Virus record (IMG/VR): IMGVR_UViG_3300023174_000305
Coordinates: 1 to 42,254 of that record
Origin: a virus
Taxonomy: Duplodnaviria; Caudoviricetes
Direction: 5' to 3' (one strand)
DNA length: 42,254 nt
The notes beneath the pieces were generated by a model. That model ran no database searches and was not told where the DNA came from. It saw only the letters and a list, made by a program, of their open reading frames with translations. This document shows, in pieces, positions 1 to 8,797 of the stretch (positions are counted from its first letter, which is position 1; the number at the start of each line of letters is the position of its first letter). Both the position numbers and the translations under genes were made by a program.

Positions 1-150
1 AGTGTCAATCAAAATGGGTATCCGGAAGAAGGCAGCAGGGTTTTTGAATGGGGCTGGAACCCAATAGGTGGTTCTCAAGGATTTGATGATGGGTTGACAC
101 CAAATTCTTTGGTATTAAACTTTACACTTGGCGACGTAACGGTAACTTAG
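1..150 (+). CDS. 3' end of a phage structural-region protein (truncated by the window)
   Basis: Frame 1 is open from base 1 to TAG at 148-150: SVNQNGYPEEGSRVFEWGWNPIGG...GDVTVT*. It is followed closely by the next gene. Confidence 0.7.
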   Translation, partial: SVNQNGYPEEGSRVFEWGWNPIGGSQGFDDGLTPNSLVLNFTLGDVTVT

Positions 151-158
151 GAATCAAA

Positions 159-317
159 ATGAATCGTAAAGAAGTTAAGGGCATTGCTGATGTCGAAGCC
201 GCAAAAGCGGTCAAAGGACATGAGAAAAAAATGCACGGCATGAAGAAAGGCGGGCCTACAAGCCTTGATCGCAAAAAGTTTGGACGTAATATGTCCCGCG
301 CAATGAACCAGAGGTAA
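159..317 (+). CDS. small basic hypothetical virion-region protein (52 aa, not in ORF track)
   Basis: AGGA then ATG159; MNRKEVKGIADVEAAKAVKGHEKKMHGMKKGGPTSLDRKKFGRNMSRAMNQR*; TAA ends 3 nt before the next ATG. Confidence 0.75.
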   Translation: MNRKEVKGIADVEAAKAVKGHEKKMHGMKKGGPTSLDRKKFGRNMSRAMNQR

Positions 318-319
318 TC

Positions 320-577
320 ATGTTTACTATGAAAAAAAGCGGGAAAGAAATTGGCCCAGCCAGTGTTTATGCCAAACCACATACTGGCTCCAGCCCAAAA
401 GTTGAGTTAGGTAACGGTTACGGCAAGTCAAATAAAAGCGATCAGCTTGATGACATGGCTGTAAGTGTTAACGCTGTCAAAAGCAAGCCTTATCCCGAAG
501 CAAAAACATCTGGTATCAAAATCCGTGGAACTGGCGCTGCTACAAAAGGCACAATGGCTAGAGGCCCAATGGCATGA
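320..577 (+). CDS. small basic hypothetical protein with C-terminal RGTGAATKG motif
   Basis: GAGG RBS; ATGA overlap with the next gene; Lys/Gly-rich. Confidence 0.75.
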   Translation: MFTMKKSGKEIGPASVYAKPHTGSSPKVELGNGYGKSNKSDQLDDMAVSVNAVKSKPYPEAKTSGIKIRGTGAATKGTMARGPMA

Positions 578-1236
578 ACTACACCGAGTTGGTTGCGGCG
601 GTTCAGAATTATTCTGAGAATAGCTTTGACTATTCAACGACGCCTAGCATCCTTAATCGGTTTATTCAACAAGCTGAACAGACAATTTATAATGCTGTTC
701 AATTGCCGTCGCTACGCAAAAACGTAACTGGCATTACAACCATCAATAACAAATACGTTTCTTGTCCAATTGATTATTTATCTGCATTTTCTTTTGCAGT
801 TATTGATGCAACTGGAAACTATACATATCTGTTAAACAAAGACGTTAACTTTATTAGACAAGCGTATCCAAATCCAACTGATACCGGGCAACCAGTCTAT
901 TACTCTTTGTTTGGTCCCCGTTCTGATCTTGTAACAGAATTAACGTTTTTGTTTGGTCCAACGCCAGACGCCGTATACAACTTAGAACTTCATTATTACT
1001 TTTATCCAGAGTCAATTGTTACAGCCGGTACAACTTGGCTTGGTGACAACTTTGATATTGCATTACTTAATTACTGTCTTGTAGAAGCAATTACATACAT
1101 GAAGGGCGAGCAAGATTTGGTTGCCCTTTATAAGAGTAGAGCAGAGAACGCTATGATTCTGCTCAAACAGTTGGGTGATGCCAAAGAGAAAGGTGATTCT
1201 TACCGTAATGGTTCACCTAAGTACAAGGTCATATGA
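574..1236 (+). CDS. putative head-tail adaptor / tail tubular protein A-like
   Basis: 220 aa; N-terminal MNYTELVAAVQNY helix and GPTPDAVYNLELHYY motif typical of podovirus adaptors; lies upstream of the tail genes. Confidence 0.65.
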   Translation: MNYTELVAAVQNYSENSFDYSTTPSILNRFIQQAEQTIYNAVQLPSLRKNVTGITTINNKYVSCPIDYLSAFSFAVIDATGNYTYLLNKDVNFIRQAYPNPTDTGQPVYYSLFGPRSDLVTELTFLFGPTPDAVYNLELHYYFYPESIVTAGTTWLGDNFDIALLNYCLVEAITYMKGEQDLVALYKSRAENAMILLKQLGDAKEKGDSYRNGSPKYKVI

Positions 1237-1646
1237 TTACCCAGACCATCACCACATCGTTTAAATATGACTGTTACACGGCGCAGCAGAACCTATTAAC
1301 GGACACGTTAAAGATTGCGCTGTATACCGCAACAGCAGATTTAAACGCTGCTACAACGGAATATACATCGTCTAATGAAGTATCTAGCGCAAACTATACC
1401 GGAGGTGGTCAGGTATTGACCGGGGTAACAGTTTCAACTTTAAACACAACTGTATATGTAAGCTTTGACAATCCTTCTTGGTCAAACGTTTCGTTTACTT
1501 GTAGAGGTGCGTTAATTTACAATTCAAGCAAAAGCAACAAATCTATTGCTGTTTTAAATTTTGGTTCAGATAAAACTGTTTCAAATAGCACCTTTACTGT
1601 CACTCTTCCTTCTAACAACGCAACAAGTGCGTTAATAAGATCTTAG
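1233..1646 (+). CDS. virion structural protein (tail-fibre associated)
   Basis: S/T-rich beta protein with LKIALYT...YTGGG...RGALIYN...AVLNFG motifs; ATGA-coupled. Confidence 0.6.
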   Translation: MITQTITTSFKYDCYTAQQNLLTDTLKIALYTATADLNAATTEYTSSNEVSSANYTGGGQVLTGVTVSTLNTTVYVSFDNPSWSNVSFTCRGALIYNSSKSNKSIAVLNFGSDKTVSNSTFTVTLPSNNATSALIRS

Positions 1647-1654
1647 GTTTAATT

Positions 1655-2368
1655 ATGGAAAAAATGCTCGCATCTGGTCGCTTCCACGTTCTTTGCTATG
1701 ATGAGAACGGCGACCTCAAATGGGAAGAAGGTAATGACAACTTGGTTGTCAATGCCGGTATCCAGTATATGGCTGGCGTGGCTTTAACTGGTACAACGCA
1801 AATTCTTAATGCAAGCTGGTATCTTGGGCTTGTTGGTAATGCGGGTAGTACAACTACTTTTGCCGCCGCCGACACAATGTCAAGCCACGCCGGATGGAAT
1901 GAGTTTATTGGTTACAGTCAATCAACTCGCGTTTCTCCTTCTTTTACTGCGGCCACCAACGCAAATCCTTCAGTAGTCACCAACGCATCTGCTGCGGCGT
2001 TTAGCATTAACTCTGCGTTTACTTCAACTGGTTCTTCCATTTCTGCAACCACGTTGACGATTGGTACTTTGGCTACTGGGACAGTATCTCCGGGACAGAT
2101 TATTACGGGTACCGGAGTGACGGCTGGTACTTATATTGTTTCGGGAAGCGGTTCTACTTGGACGGTTTCTCCATCACAAACCGTAGCTTCGACGGCAATT
2201 AGTTCTACTTCGGCTGTTATTGCTGGTGCTTTCTTAACTAGCGGCAGCGCAAAATCTGGTACGACCGGAACTCTGTTCTCGGGTTCTGATTTTACTGGCG
2301 GCGACCGCACTGTTGTCTCTGGCGATACTCTTAACGTGACTTACACATTCAGCTTGACTGCGACTTAA
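1655..2368 (+). CDS. virion structural / tail fibre protein
   Basis: 237 aa, S/T/G/A-rich, with NLVVNAG, ADTMSSHAGW and GDTLNVTYT motifs. Confidence 0.6.
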   Translation: MEKMLASGRFHVLCYDENGDLKWEEGNDNLVVNAGIQYMAGVALTGTTQILNASWYLGLVGNAGSTTTFAAADTMSSHAGWNEFIGYSQSTRVSPSFTAATNANPSVVTNASAAAFSINSAFTSTGSSISATTLTIGTLATGTVSPGQIITGTGVTAGTYIVSGSGSTWTVSPSQTVASTAISSTSAVIAGAFLTSGSAKSGTTGTLFSGSDFTGGDRTVVSGDTLNVTYTFSLTAT

Positions 2369-2380
2369 TCAAGGTGGGGC

Positions 2381-2662
2381 ATGAAGAACATTCCCCCAAC
2401 TTACACCTTCCTTTACGATAAGGTAAGGTTTGCGGTCTATCACGCAAACACGGGGGAAGGGCTTCCCCGTCATGAGCATACGTTCGCGCACCTGACTATG
2501 TGTGTTGCTGGTCAAGCAGCCATCCGTAAAGAGAACCTTTACAAAGAGATGGACAAGGACACTACGCCTGTGATTCTCAAAGAGAACGAGTGGCACGAGG
2601 TTGAGGCGTTAGTAGACAACACTATATTCATTAACGTGTTCCCCGCCAAGGAGCAGGAATGA
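2381..2662 (+). CDS. cupin-fold (RmlC-like) protein
   Basis: Cupin motif 1 PRHEHTFAHLT and motif 2 ENEWHEVEAL; AGGTGGGG RBS. Confidence 0.8.
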   Translation: MKNIPPTYTFLYDKVRFAVYHANTGEGLPRHEHTFAHLTMCVAGQAAIRKENLYKEMDKDTTPVILKENEWHEVEALVDNTIFINVFPAKEQE

Positions 2663-2841
2663 CAACGTGCGTTCTGTTCAATGACAAAGGCGAGTTTGTT
2701 AACACAATCATGGCCGAGCCAACAGATTGGGTGGAAGAAGGCTGGCGGCTGGAAGAAGTGCCAGAAGGATACGTTTGGAACGGTAAGGCTATTGTTCTTG
2801 CAGGAATAATGCAAAACGAAGTTACGCCGGAAGTTATTTAA
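2659..2841 (+). CDS. small hypothetical protein, possibly tail-fibre assembly
   Basis: 60 aa; ATGA and TAATG overlaps with its neighbours. Confidence 0.65.
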   Translation: MTTCVLFNDKGEFVNTIMAEPTDWVEEGWRLEEVPEGYVWNGKAIVLAGIMQNEVTPEVI

Positions 2842-5800
2842 TGCCTACCGTAACGATTGCAATTACATCGGGGACTCGCTGGAGGGTTCCGGTTGATTGC
2901 ACATCTGCAACTATTGAAGTTATTGGTGGTGGTGGCGGTGGTGGTGGCGCTTATTCAAAAACCAATTCAGTTTCGCTAACTCCGCTTTCGTTTGTTTATG
3001 TAAATATTGGAGCGGATGGCGGAGACACTTGGTTTAATAAAGCCGCCAACTCTGCACCAACATCAACTACAAACGGTGCTTTAGCAAAAGGAGGCGCAAC
3101 TACCGCTGGATGCTGTGACCCTATTCTTCTTGGGGGTCAAGCGATTGATGGTGTTGGTGACACTAAGTTTTCTGGCGGCAATGGAATAAGAAACCTTACC
3201 TGTAGTGGAACCGTTTATGAAATTGGTGGCGGCGCTGCGGGGCCTTCTGGGGCGGGTGGAAACGCGGGGGAAACAAAATATAACGGAGGCGGAGGCGGAG
3301 GCGGAGGAGCCAACGGAGGAACAAACGGAACAAACGGATCTCTCTCGTTACCAAGCGGTAATGGGAATGGTGGAACAGGTGGAAATTCTGGAGCAGGGGG
3401 CGCTGGAGGGGCGGGAGGTCTTGGTTCAATAAGTTCAGGAACGACGGGATCTCCGGGAACAAACGGTGGTGGCGGTGGCGGTGGCGGTGCTGATACAGTT
3501 GTTCCATTTGTTGCCGTAAACAATGGTGGCGGCGCAGGGTCCATGCAAGCAGTCTGGACAGACTACTTGGGAAATTCATATGGACCGGCTGGCGGATCAG
3601 GCGGAGAACCTTATACAAACATTGATCTTGTTAGGACCATTACGCGAAGAACCAATTATGGCGGTGGTGGAGCTTTAAGCGGTGGTCAAGGTCTAATTAT
3701 CATTGCCTATACCCCGGTAGTGACGATTGGCAACTCGTACACGGAAGTATTAAATGAGGATGGTTCAACTGGAGTAAGCACACCAAGCCGTTGGCGTATT
3801 CCATACGGAGTAGATACTGTAACCGTTCACGCTATTGGTAGCGGATCATCTGGCGCAACGGCTTCTCCTTGGGGCGGCGGTGGCGGCGGAGCATATGCTA
3901 CATCTGCCGTTGATGTAAGCACGTTAAACAACACAGGCGCATACTATTTAAATTACTTTACTAGTGGTCTTACGGGAGGATCGGACGCTTGGTTTAATAA
4001 ATCAGCTTCATCTGCCCCCAGTGTTTCAACCAATGGTGCTTTAGCTAAAGCGTCAGCAGCGGGTAGTAGAACCGGAGGAACTTCTGGATCTTCTGTAGGT
4101 TCGACCGTTTATTCTGGAGGAACCGGAGGACAAGGTGCTGGCACAACGATCAGAAAAGTTGGTGGCGCCGGCGGTGCTGCTGGTCCATCTGGAGTAGGTA
4201 AAAATGGAGGAGATGCAAATGGTGGTAGTTCCGCCTCTTCCGGAGGCGGAGGTGGATCAAACGGCGGGTCTTCCACTGCTGGCGCTACCGCACCAGCCGC
4301 CGCGACCGCTGGTGCTGGGGGCGCAGGTAATGGTGGGACAGGAGGTGGCGCGGCTGCGACTGCATCAACTAATGCTGGAAACGGGTCTAATGGTGGTGGC
4401 GGTGGTGGCGGAAAAAATACTAACGGCACGTTTTTAAACGGCGGCGCTGGCGGCACACAAAACATCTGGACTGATTCTGGGACTGCCAATTCATACGGAC
4501 CCGGTGGTGGTGGTGGAGGTAGTGCGGCGACTAACTCAACTAATATTGGAACTCCGGGTGCTGCTGGATCGTGGGGCGGTGGCACAGGATATTTAGGCAC
4601 TGCTGGTCATCCGTTAATAGTTCTTCAGTACACAATTAGCAAAGCCGCTCCGGCAGACAATTCCACAATAATAGAAACAGCTTCCGGCGCGGACTCTGTA
4701 TTAGCAGGTTTGGTTTATTCTAGGTCAGTAACAGAAACCGCTTCTGGCTCTGATGCTGTACTCGCCAGCTTGCTTTATGCTAGGTCAGTATCGGAAACGG
4801 CTTCTGGCTCTGATTCTGTATTAGCAAGTTTGGTTTATGATAGGTCAGTATCGGAGACGGCTTCCGGCTCGGATTCTGTACTTGCTAACTTGCTTTATTC
4901 TAGATCTGTATCGGAAACGGCTTCTGGCGCTGATTCTGTATCCAATACGCTAACAATCTCTTCATCGGTCACTGAGTCCGCGTCTGGCGCGGATGCTATT
5001 ACTAGCAAGGTCACGTTTAATCTAAGCGTATCGGAGTTAGCGTCCGCTCTAGAAGCGATTAACGGTGGGCTTTCATTTAGTAGCAGCGTTCTTGAGTCGG
5101 CAGCGGGGGCGGATGTAGCAAACGCTGTTGCTTCTTTTGTTGGGACGATTGCAGAAACCGCCGCTGGACTGGACGCAGTATCTGGCACGTTCTTATTCAG
5201 CGTAACCGTTACTGAAACGGCAAGTGGTGTTGAGGCTGTCTCCGCTACATCCACGTTTGCTTTAGACATCGCCGAAACGGCTGCGGGGCTAGACTCCATA
5301 AGCAGCACCGGCACGTTTAATATTTCCGTGTCTGAGTCGGCCAGCGGTGTTGACAATGTAAGTTCTGTTGCCACTATAGCCGCAAGAATTGCCGAAACCG
5401 CTGCGGGCGCAGACCTTACGGTTGGGGGGCTTTTATTTATTCTAACCGTATCCGAGTCGGCTTCGGGTACAGACGCTAGTACTAGCGCCTTGGCTTATGC
5501 CGTAATCATCAACGAGATCGCTTCCGGCTTAGACGCACTTGGGGTTGGCGGCACATTTAATATTGCGGTTGTAGAGGCGGCGTCAGGTTTTGATGTTGAC
5601 TTGCCCTCCGGTTCCTTTGGTATTTCCGTTGTTGAATCGGCAACGGGCGCTGAAGTTGTCACCACCCGCCTTGCGTGGGAACCAATTGATGACTCGCAAG
5701 TACCGAATTGGACTACAATCAGCACATCCCAAACGCCAACGTGGACTACAATAGGCACGGCGCAAACGCCAAATTGGACTACAATGGGCACGGCGCAAAA

Positions 5801-5861
5801 TCCGGTTTGGACTGATATTTCCAACCCACAGACTCCCGGCTGGACACAGATTCCAACGTAA
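2841..5861 (+). CDS. glycine-rich tail fibre / receptor-binding protein with repetitive stalk
   Basis: 1006 aa: two homologous Gly-rich domains (RWRVP...IGGGG and RWRIP...IGSGS, each with WFNK...NGALAK), then 17 x 20-aa repeats and 6 x 11-aa Trp repeats. Confidence 0.75.
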   Translation: MPTVTIAITSGTRWRVPVDCTSATIEVIGGGGGGGGAYSKTNSVSLTPLSFVYVNIGADGGDTWFNKAANSAPTSTTNGALAKGGATTAGCCDPILLGGQAIDGVGDTKFSGGNGIRNLTCSGTVYEIGGGAAGPSGAGGNAGETKYNGGGGGGGGANGGTNGTNGSLSLPSGNGNGGTGGNSGAGGAGGAGGLGSISSGTTGSPGTNGGGGGGGGADTVVPFVAVNNGGGAGSMQAVWTDYLGNSYGPAGGSGGEPYTNIDLVRTITRRTNYGGGGALSGGQGLIIIAYTPVVTIGNSYTEVLNEDGSTGVSTPSRWRIPYGVDTVTVHAIGSGSSGATASPWGGGGGGAYATSAVDVSTLNNTGAYYLNYFTSGLTGGSDAWFNKSASSAPSVSTNGALAKASAAGSRTGGTSGSSVGSTVYSGGTGGQGAGTTIRKVGGAGGAAGPSGVGKNGGDANGGSSASSGGGGGSNGGSSTAGATAPAAATAGAGGAGNGGTGGGAAATASTNAGNGSNGGGGGGGKNTNGTFLNGGAGGTQNIWTDSGTANSYGPGGGGGGSAATNSTNIGTPGAAGSWGGGTGYLGTAGHPLIVLQYTISKAAPADNSTIIETASGADSVLAGLVYSRSVTETASGSDAVLASLLYARSVSETASGSDSVLASLVYDRSVSETASGSDSVLANLLYSRSVSETASGADSVSNTLTISSSVTESASGADAITSKVTFNLSVSELASALEAINGGLSFSSSVLESAAGADVANAVASFVGTIAETAAGLDAVSGTFLFSVTVTETASGVEAVSATSTFALDIAETAAGLDSISSTGTFNISVSESASGVDNVSSVATIAARIAETAAGADLTVGGLLFILTVSESASGTDASTSALAYAVIINEIASGLDALGVGGTFNIAVVEAASGFDVDLPSGSFGISVVESATGAEVVTTRLAWEPIDDSQVPNWTTISTSQTPTWTTIGTAQTPNWTTMGTAQNPVWTDISNPQTPGWTQIPT
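4674..5675 (+). repeat. in-frame 60-bp tandem repeat (17 units, consensus like ETASGxDxV)
   Basis: A Glu codon occurs at exactly 4674+60k for k=0..16; the first 4-5 units are the most similar at DNA level. Confidence 0.9.
5676..5858 (+). repeat. in-frame 33-bp repeat (6 units, WTTIxTxQTPx)
   Basis: TGG at 5676, 5709, 5742, 5775, 5808 and 5841. Confidence 0.9.
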
Positions 5862-5871
5862 AGGATTTAAA

Positions 5872-7179
5872 ATGGCAGCTTCATATACCTCACTTCTTGG
5901 TCTTGTATTGCCAGCGCAAGGTGAAACCGGCTGGGGCGACACGGTAAACAGTTTTTTAACAGCTTATGTTGATGCAGCCGTTGCTGGGGCGCAAACGGTT
6001 ACGACCGACACAACGCTAACCAAAACCACAAATGCTGCGCTTGGGTCTACGTCATCCCAATATGCAATTATTATTGCGTCGCCCGCATCAGCCAACATTA
6101 CCATCACGGCTCCTGCTGCGAGCAAGATTTACACAATCATCAATACTTCAGCGACGTATACGGTCAAGATTGTAGGTGCTGGACCCACGACGGGTATCAC
6201 ATTAGGTGTGAATGAAAAAGCTCAAGTTGCTTGGAACGGTTCGGATTTTGTGCGTATTGGCGCATCTGGTGGCGCGGGAGTATTTAGTTCAATTACCAAC
6301 ACCGGCCTAACGTCGGGGCGTGTGGTGTATAGCACCACAGGTGGGCTTGAGACTGACTCTGCAAGTTTGACGTTTGACGGGACAACTCTGACCGCAGCGG
6401 GGCTTGCAGGGCCGCACAACGGGACTGTGGGGGCAACAACCCCAAGCACTGGAGTATTTACGACTGCAACCGCAAGAGCGGCGGCAACGCAAGACTCTGT
6501 AATTTTGCAAGGTCGGGCCGGAGGAACGAGCAGTTACGGCGTAACGTTAACCCCAACCACGCTAACGGCAAGCAGAACAGTTACGTTTGCAGATGCAAAT
6601 ATTAACTTTGCTACTGGTCTAGGCGTAGCGCAAGGCGGGACGGGATTGACATCTGGAACGTCTGGCGGGGTTCTGTATTACTCGGCAACGGGGACATTGG
6701 CTTCTAGTGCTGCACTTGCAGCCAGCGCATTAGTTGTAGGAGGAGGTGCTGGAGTAGCACCATCAACCATCACGACGGGAACTGGCGTAACTACCGCTCT
6801 AGGAGTAAATACAGGCTCTACTGGCGCGTTTGTAGTAAACGGCGGCACTGCTCTTCAGATTATCAATACCGTCAACCCGGTTACGGTAACGTCCAATGCA
6901 GGTACGGTTCCGATCACTTATCGGATCAACAATTTTACCAATAGTTCAGCGGCCACAATGACGATTACGTTGGCCACCGCAAGCGCTGTGGATGGCCAGA
7001 TGTCTATTGTGAGAATTTATGATTTCAGCGCGGCGGCACAGAACATTACTTGGGTTAACACCGAAAACAGTACCGTGACCGTCCCAGCAACGTCTAATGG
7101 ATCTATAACGCTTCCTTTGACAGTTGGCTTTATGTATAACAGTCAAACTTCGAAATGGCGTTGCATTGCTTCTGCATAA
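5872..7179 (+). CDS. tail fibre protein
   Basis: 435 aa, T/A/G/S-rich; N-terminal GETGWGDTVN anchor-type motif; VAQGGTG and NGTVGATTP fibre motifs. Confidence 0.75.
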   Translation: MAASYTSLLGLVLPAQGETGWGDTVNSFLTAYVDAAVAGAQTVTTDTTLTKTTNAALGSTSSQYAIIIASPASANITITAPAASKIYTIINTSATYTVKIVGAGPTTGITLGVNEKAQVAWNGSDFVRIGASGGAGVFSSITNTGLTSGRVVYSTTGGLETDSASLTFDGTTLTAAGLAGPHNGTVGATTPSTGVFTTATARAAATQDSVILQGRAGGTSSYGVTLTPTTLTASRTVTFADANINFATGLGVAQGGTGLTSGTSGGVLYYSATGTLASSAALAASALVVGGGAGVAPSTITTGTGVTTALGVNTGSTGAFVVNGGTALQIINTVNPVTVTSNAGTVPITYRINNFTNSSAATMTITLATASAVDGQMSIVRIYDFSAAAQNITWVNTENSTVTVPATSNGSITLPLTVGFMYNSQTSKWRCIASA

Positions 7180-7188
7180 GGAAAATCA

Positions 7189-7359
7189 ATGGTAATTGTT
7201 TTTGAGTTTGACACTCCTTACGGTTTGTTCCGTGATGCTCTGCATCTTGCTGATGATCACAATCTATCAGATGCGGAGATTGAGGCAATGAAACAAGAAC
7301 GGGTGGATAATTGGATAGCGTTTATATCTAATCCGCCTGTTGCGCCTGAAGGAGTTTAA
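7189..7359 (+). CDS. small hypothetical protein (56 aa, not in ORF track), possible fibre chaperone
   Basis: AAGGA RBS, ATG7189; MVIVFEFDTPYGLFRDALHLADDHNLSDAEIEAMKQERVDNWIAFISNPPVAPEGV*; fills the gap between two fibre genes. Confidence 0.75.
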   Translation: MVIVFEFDTPYGLFRDALHLADDHNLSDAEIEAMKQERVDNWIAFISNPPVAPEGV

Positions 7360-7361
7360 GC

Positions 7362-8390
7362 ATGGCTAACCGATACTGGGTCGGTGGATCAGCGACTTGG
7401 GATAGCACTGCCGGTAGTAAATGGGCGCTAACGTCTGGAGGAGCCGGGGGGCAAGCTGTCCCCACTAGCACAGACGATGTATTTCTTGACGCCGCTTCAG
7501 GCGCTGTAACGGTCACAGTAAACACTGTGCAATCGTGTTTAAGTCTTAATTGTACTGGGTTTACAGGAACTCTTACAGGCACAGCAACAATTACCTTTTA
7601 CGGAAATTTAACGCTTGTTTCCGGCATGACTCTTTCTTCAGTTGGAATTCGACCTTCCGCAACAAGTGGAAGTTGGACAATAACAACTGCTGGCAAAACC
7701 CTTGCTGGAATGGCTTTTGGGCTTAATGCAAGCACCGCAACGTGGACTCTTAATGACGCGCTAACTACTACAAGTGTAATACAAGTAGTTAACGGAACGG
7801 TTAACACTAACAATTTTGCAGTTAGCGGTGGAACATTTTTTTCTAGCAGCACAAACACTAGAACTTTTAACACTGGAAGCAGTACGCTAACATTTACTTC
7901 TGGCGGCACTGTTTGGAATTGCACAACTGCTACTAATCTTACACTGTCCGGAACCGGGACAATTAGTCTTACAAGTGCATCAGTCAAGACATTTATTGGT
8001 GGCGGGATTCAAACTTATCCCACCTTAAACCAAGGTGGTGCTGGTGCATTAACAGTAACGGGCAGTAATCAGTTTGCAGACATAACAAACACATACGCAT
8101 CAACCGGCGCTACGTCAGTATTGTTTACCGCCGGAACAACAAACGTATTTACAGCGTTCAATCTTACAGGACAAGCAACAAGAGTTTGTACTCTTGGTTC
8201 GGCCACGGCTGCTCAAGCAACTTTGCAAAAAAGCACTACTTGGTATATGGGTGCAAACTCAACAAACGGTGGAAACAACACCAATCTAGTGTTTACCGCT
8301 GGTGGAGGCATTGATTATCTTAGTGTAAGTTATATTAACGGCACCGGGGCGACTGCTTCTAACAACGCAAACTTTTTAAATTTCTTTTAA
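7362..8390 (+). CDS. tail fibre / beta-helix adhesin-like protein
   Basis: 342 aa, T/G-rich; starts MANRYWVGGSATWD...VPTSTDDVFLD; GGAG RBS. Confidence 0.7.
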   Translation: MANRYWVGGSATWDSTAGSKWALTSGGAGGQAVPTSTDDVFLDAASGAVTVTVNTVQSCLSLNCTGFTGTLTGTATITFYGNLTLVSGMTLSSVGIRPSATSGSWTITTAGKTLAGMAFGLNASTATWTLNDALTTTSVIQVVNGTVNTNNFAVSGGTFFSSSTNTRTFNTGSSTLTFTSGGTVWNCTTATNLTLSGTGTISLTSASVKTFIGGGIQTYPTLNQGGAGALTVTGSNQFADITNTYASTGATSVLFTAGTTNVFTAFNLTGQATRVCTLGSATAAQATLQKSTTWYMGANSTNGGNNTNLVFTAGGGIDYLSVSYINGTGATASNNANFLNFF

Positions 8391-8421
8391 GTTATAAAAT
8401 AGATAAAATTAAGCACCCAGC

Positions 8422-8450
8422 TTGTCAATAGCATTTCTGCAAAGTAACGT
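8422..8450 (+). promoter_or_regulatory. putative sigma70 promoter
   Basis: TTGTCA-N17-TAACGT in the AT-rich gap before the acidic protein gene. Confidence 0.4.
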
Positions 8451-8513
8451 CTCTGTCTTACAAACACAATATACTTGCTACGGGCATACGCCCGGTTAAC
8501 TTTGGAGAATCCC

Positions 8514-8714
8514 ATGAAAGACCAAATCATTGAAATTCTTGAAGGCTCTGAGCCTATCGATGCGCTGAACGTTCTGTTCTCCGCTGTTTATGCAGTTGCT
8601 GCTGCAAACGGCGTTAGTGAGTTCACGTTGAGCAGCCTCTTCTCTTCTAACATTGAAGCTCAATTTGAGATTGATGCTGAAGAAGAAGAAAAAGACGAAC
8701 AAACTGACGATTAA
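8514..8714 (+). CDS. small acidic hypothetical protein (66 aa)
   Basis: GGAG RBS before ATG8514, preferred over the upstream TTG; 17 D/E versus 2 K. Confidence 0.75.
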   Translation: MKDQIIEILEGSEPIDALNVLFSAVYAVAAANGVSEFTLSSLFSSNIEAQFEIDAEEEEKDEQTDD

Positions 8715-8797
8715 CGTTAAACCCCGGTAATACGGGGTGTTATTGTGTTTTCACAATACTATGCTATTAGGTGGGTTCCTCAACAGGGAACCCCACC

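Noticed and set aside
3196-5942. Pro-rich and other minus-strand ORFs
   Set aside because: They are antisense shadows of the Gly/Ala/Ser-rich fibre gene. The same applies to the antisense ORFs inside 13917-27422.
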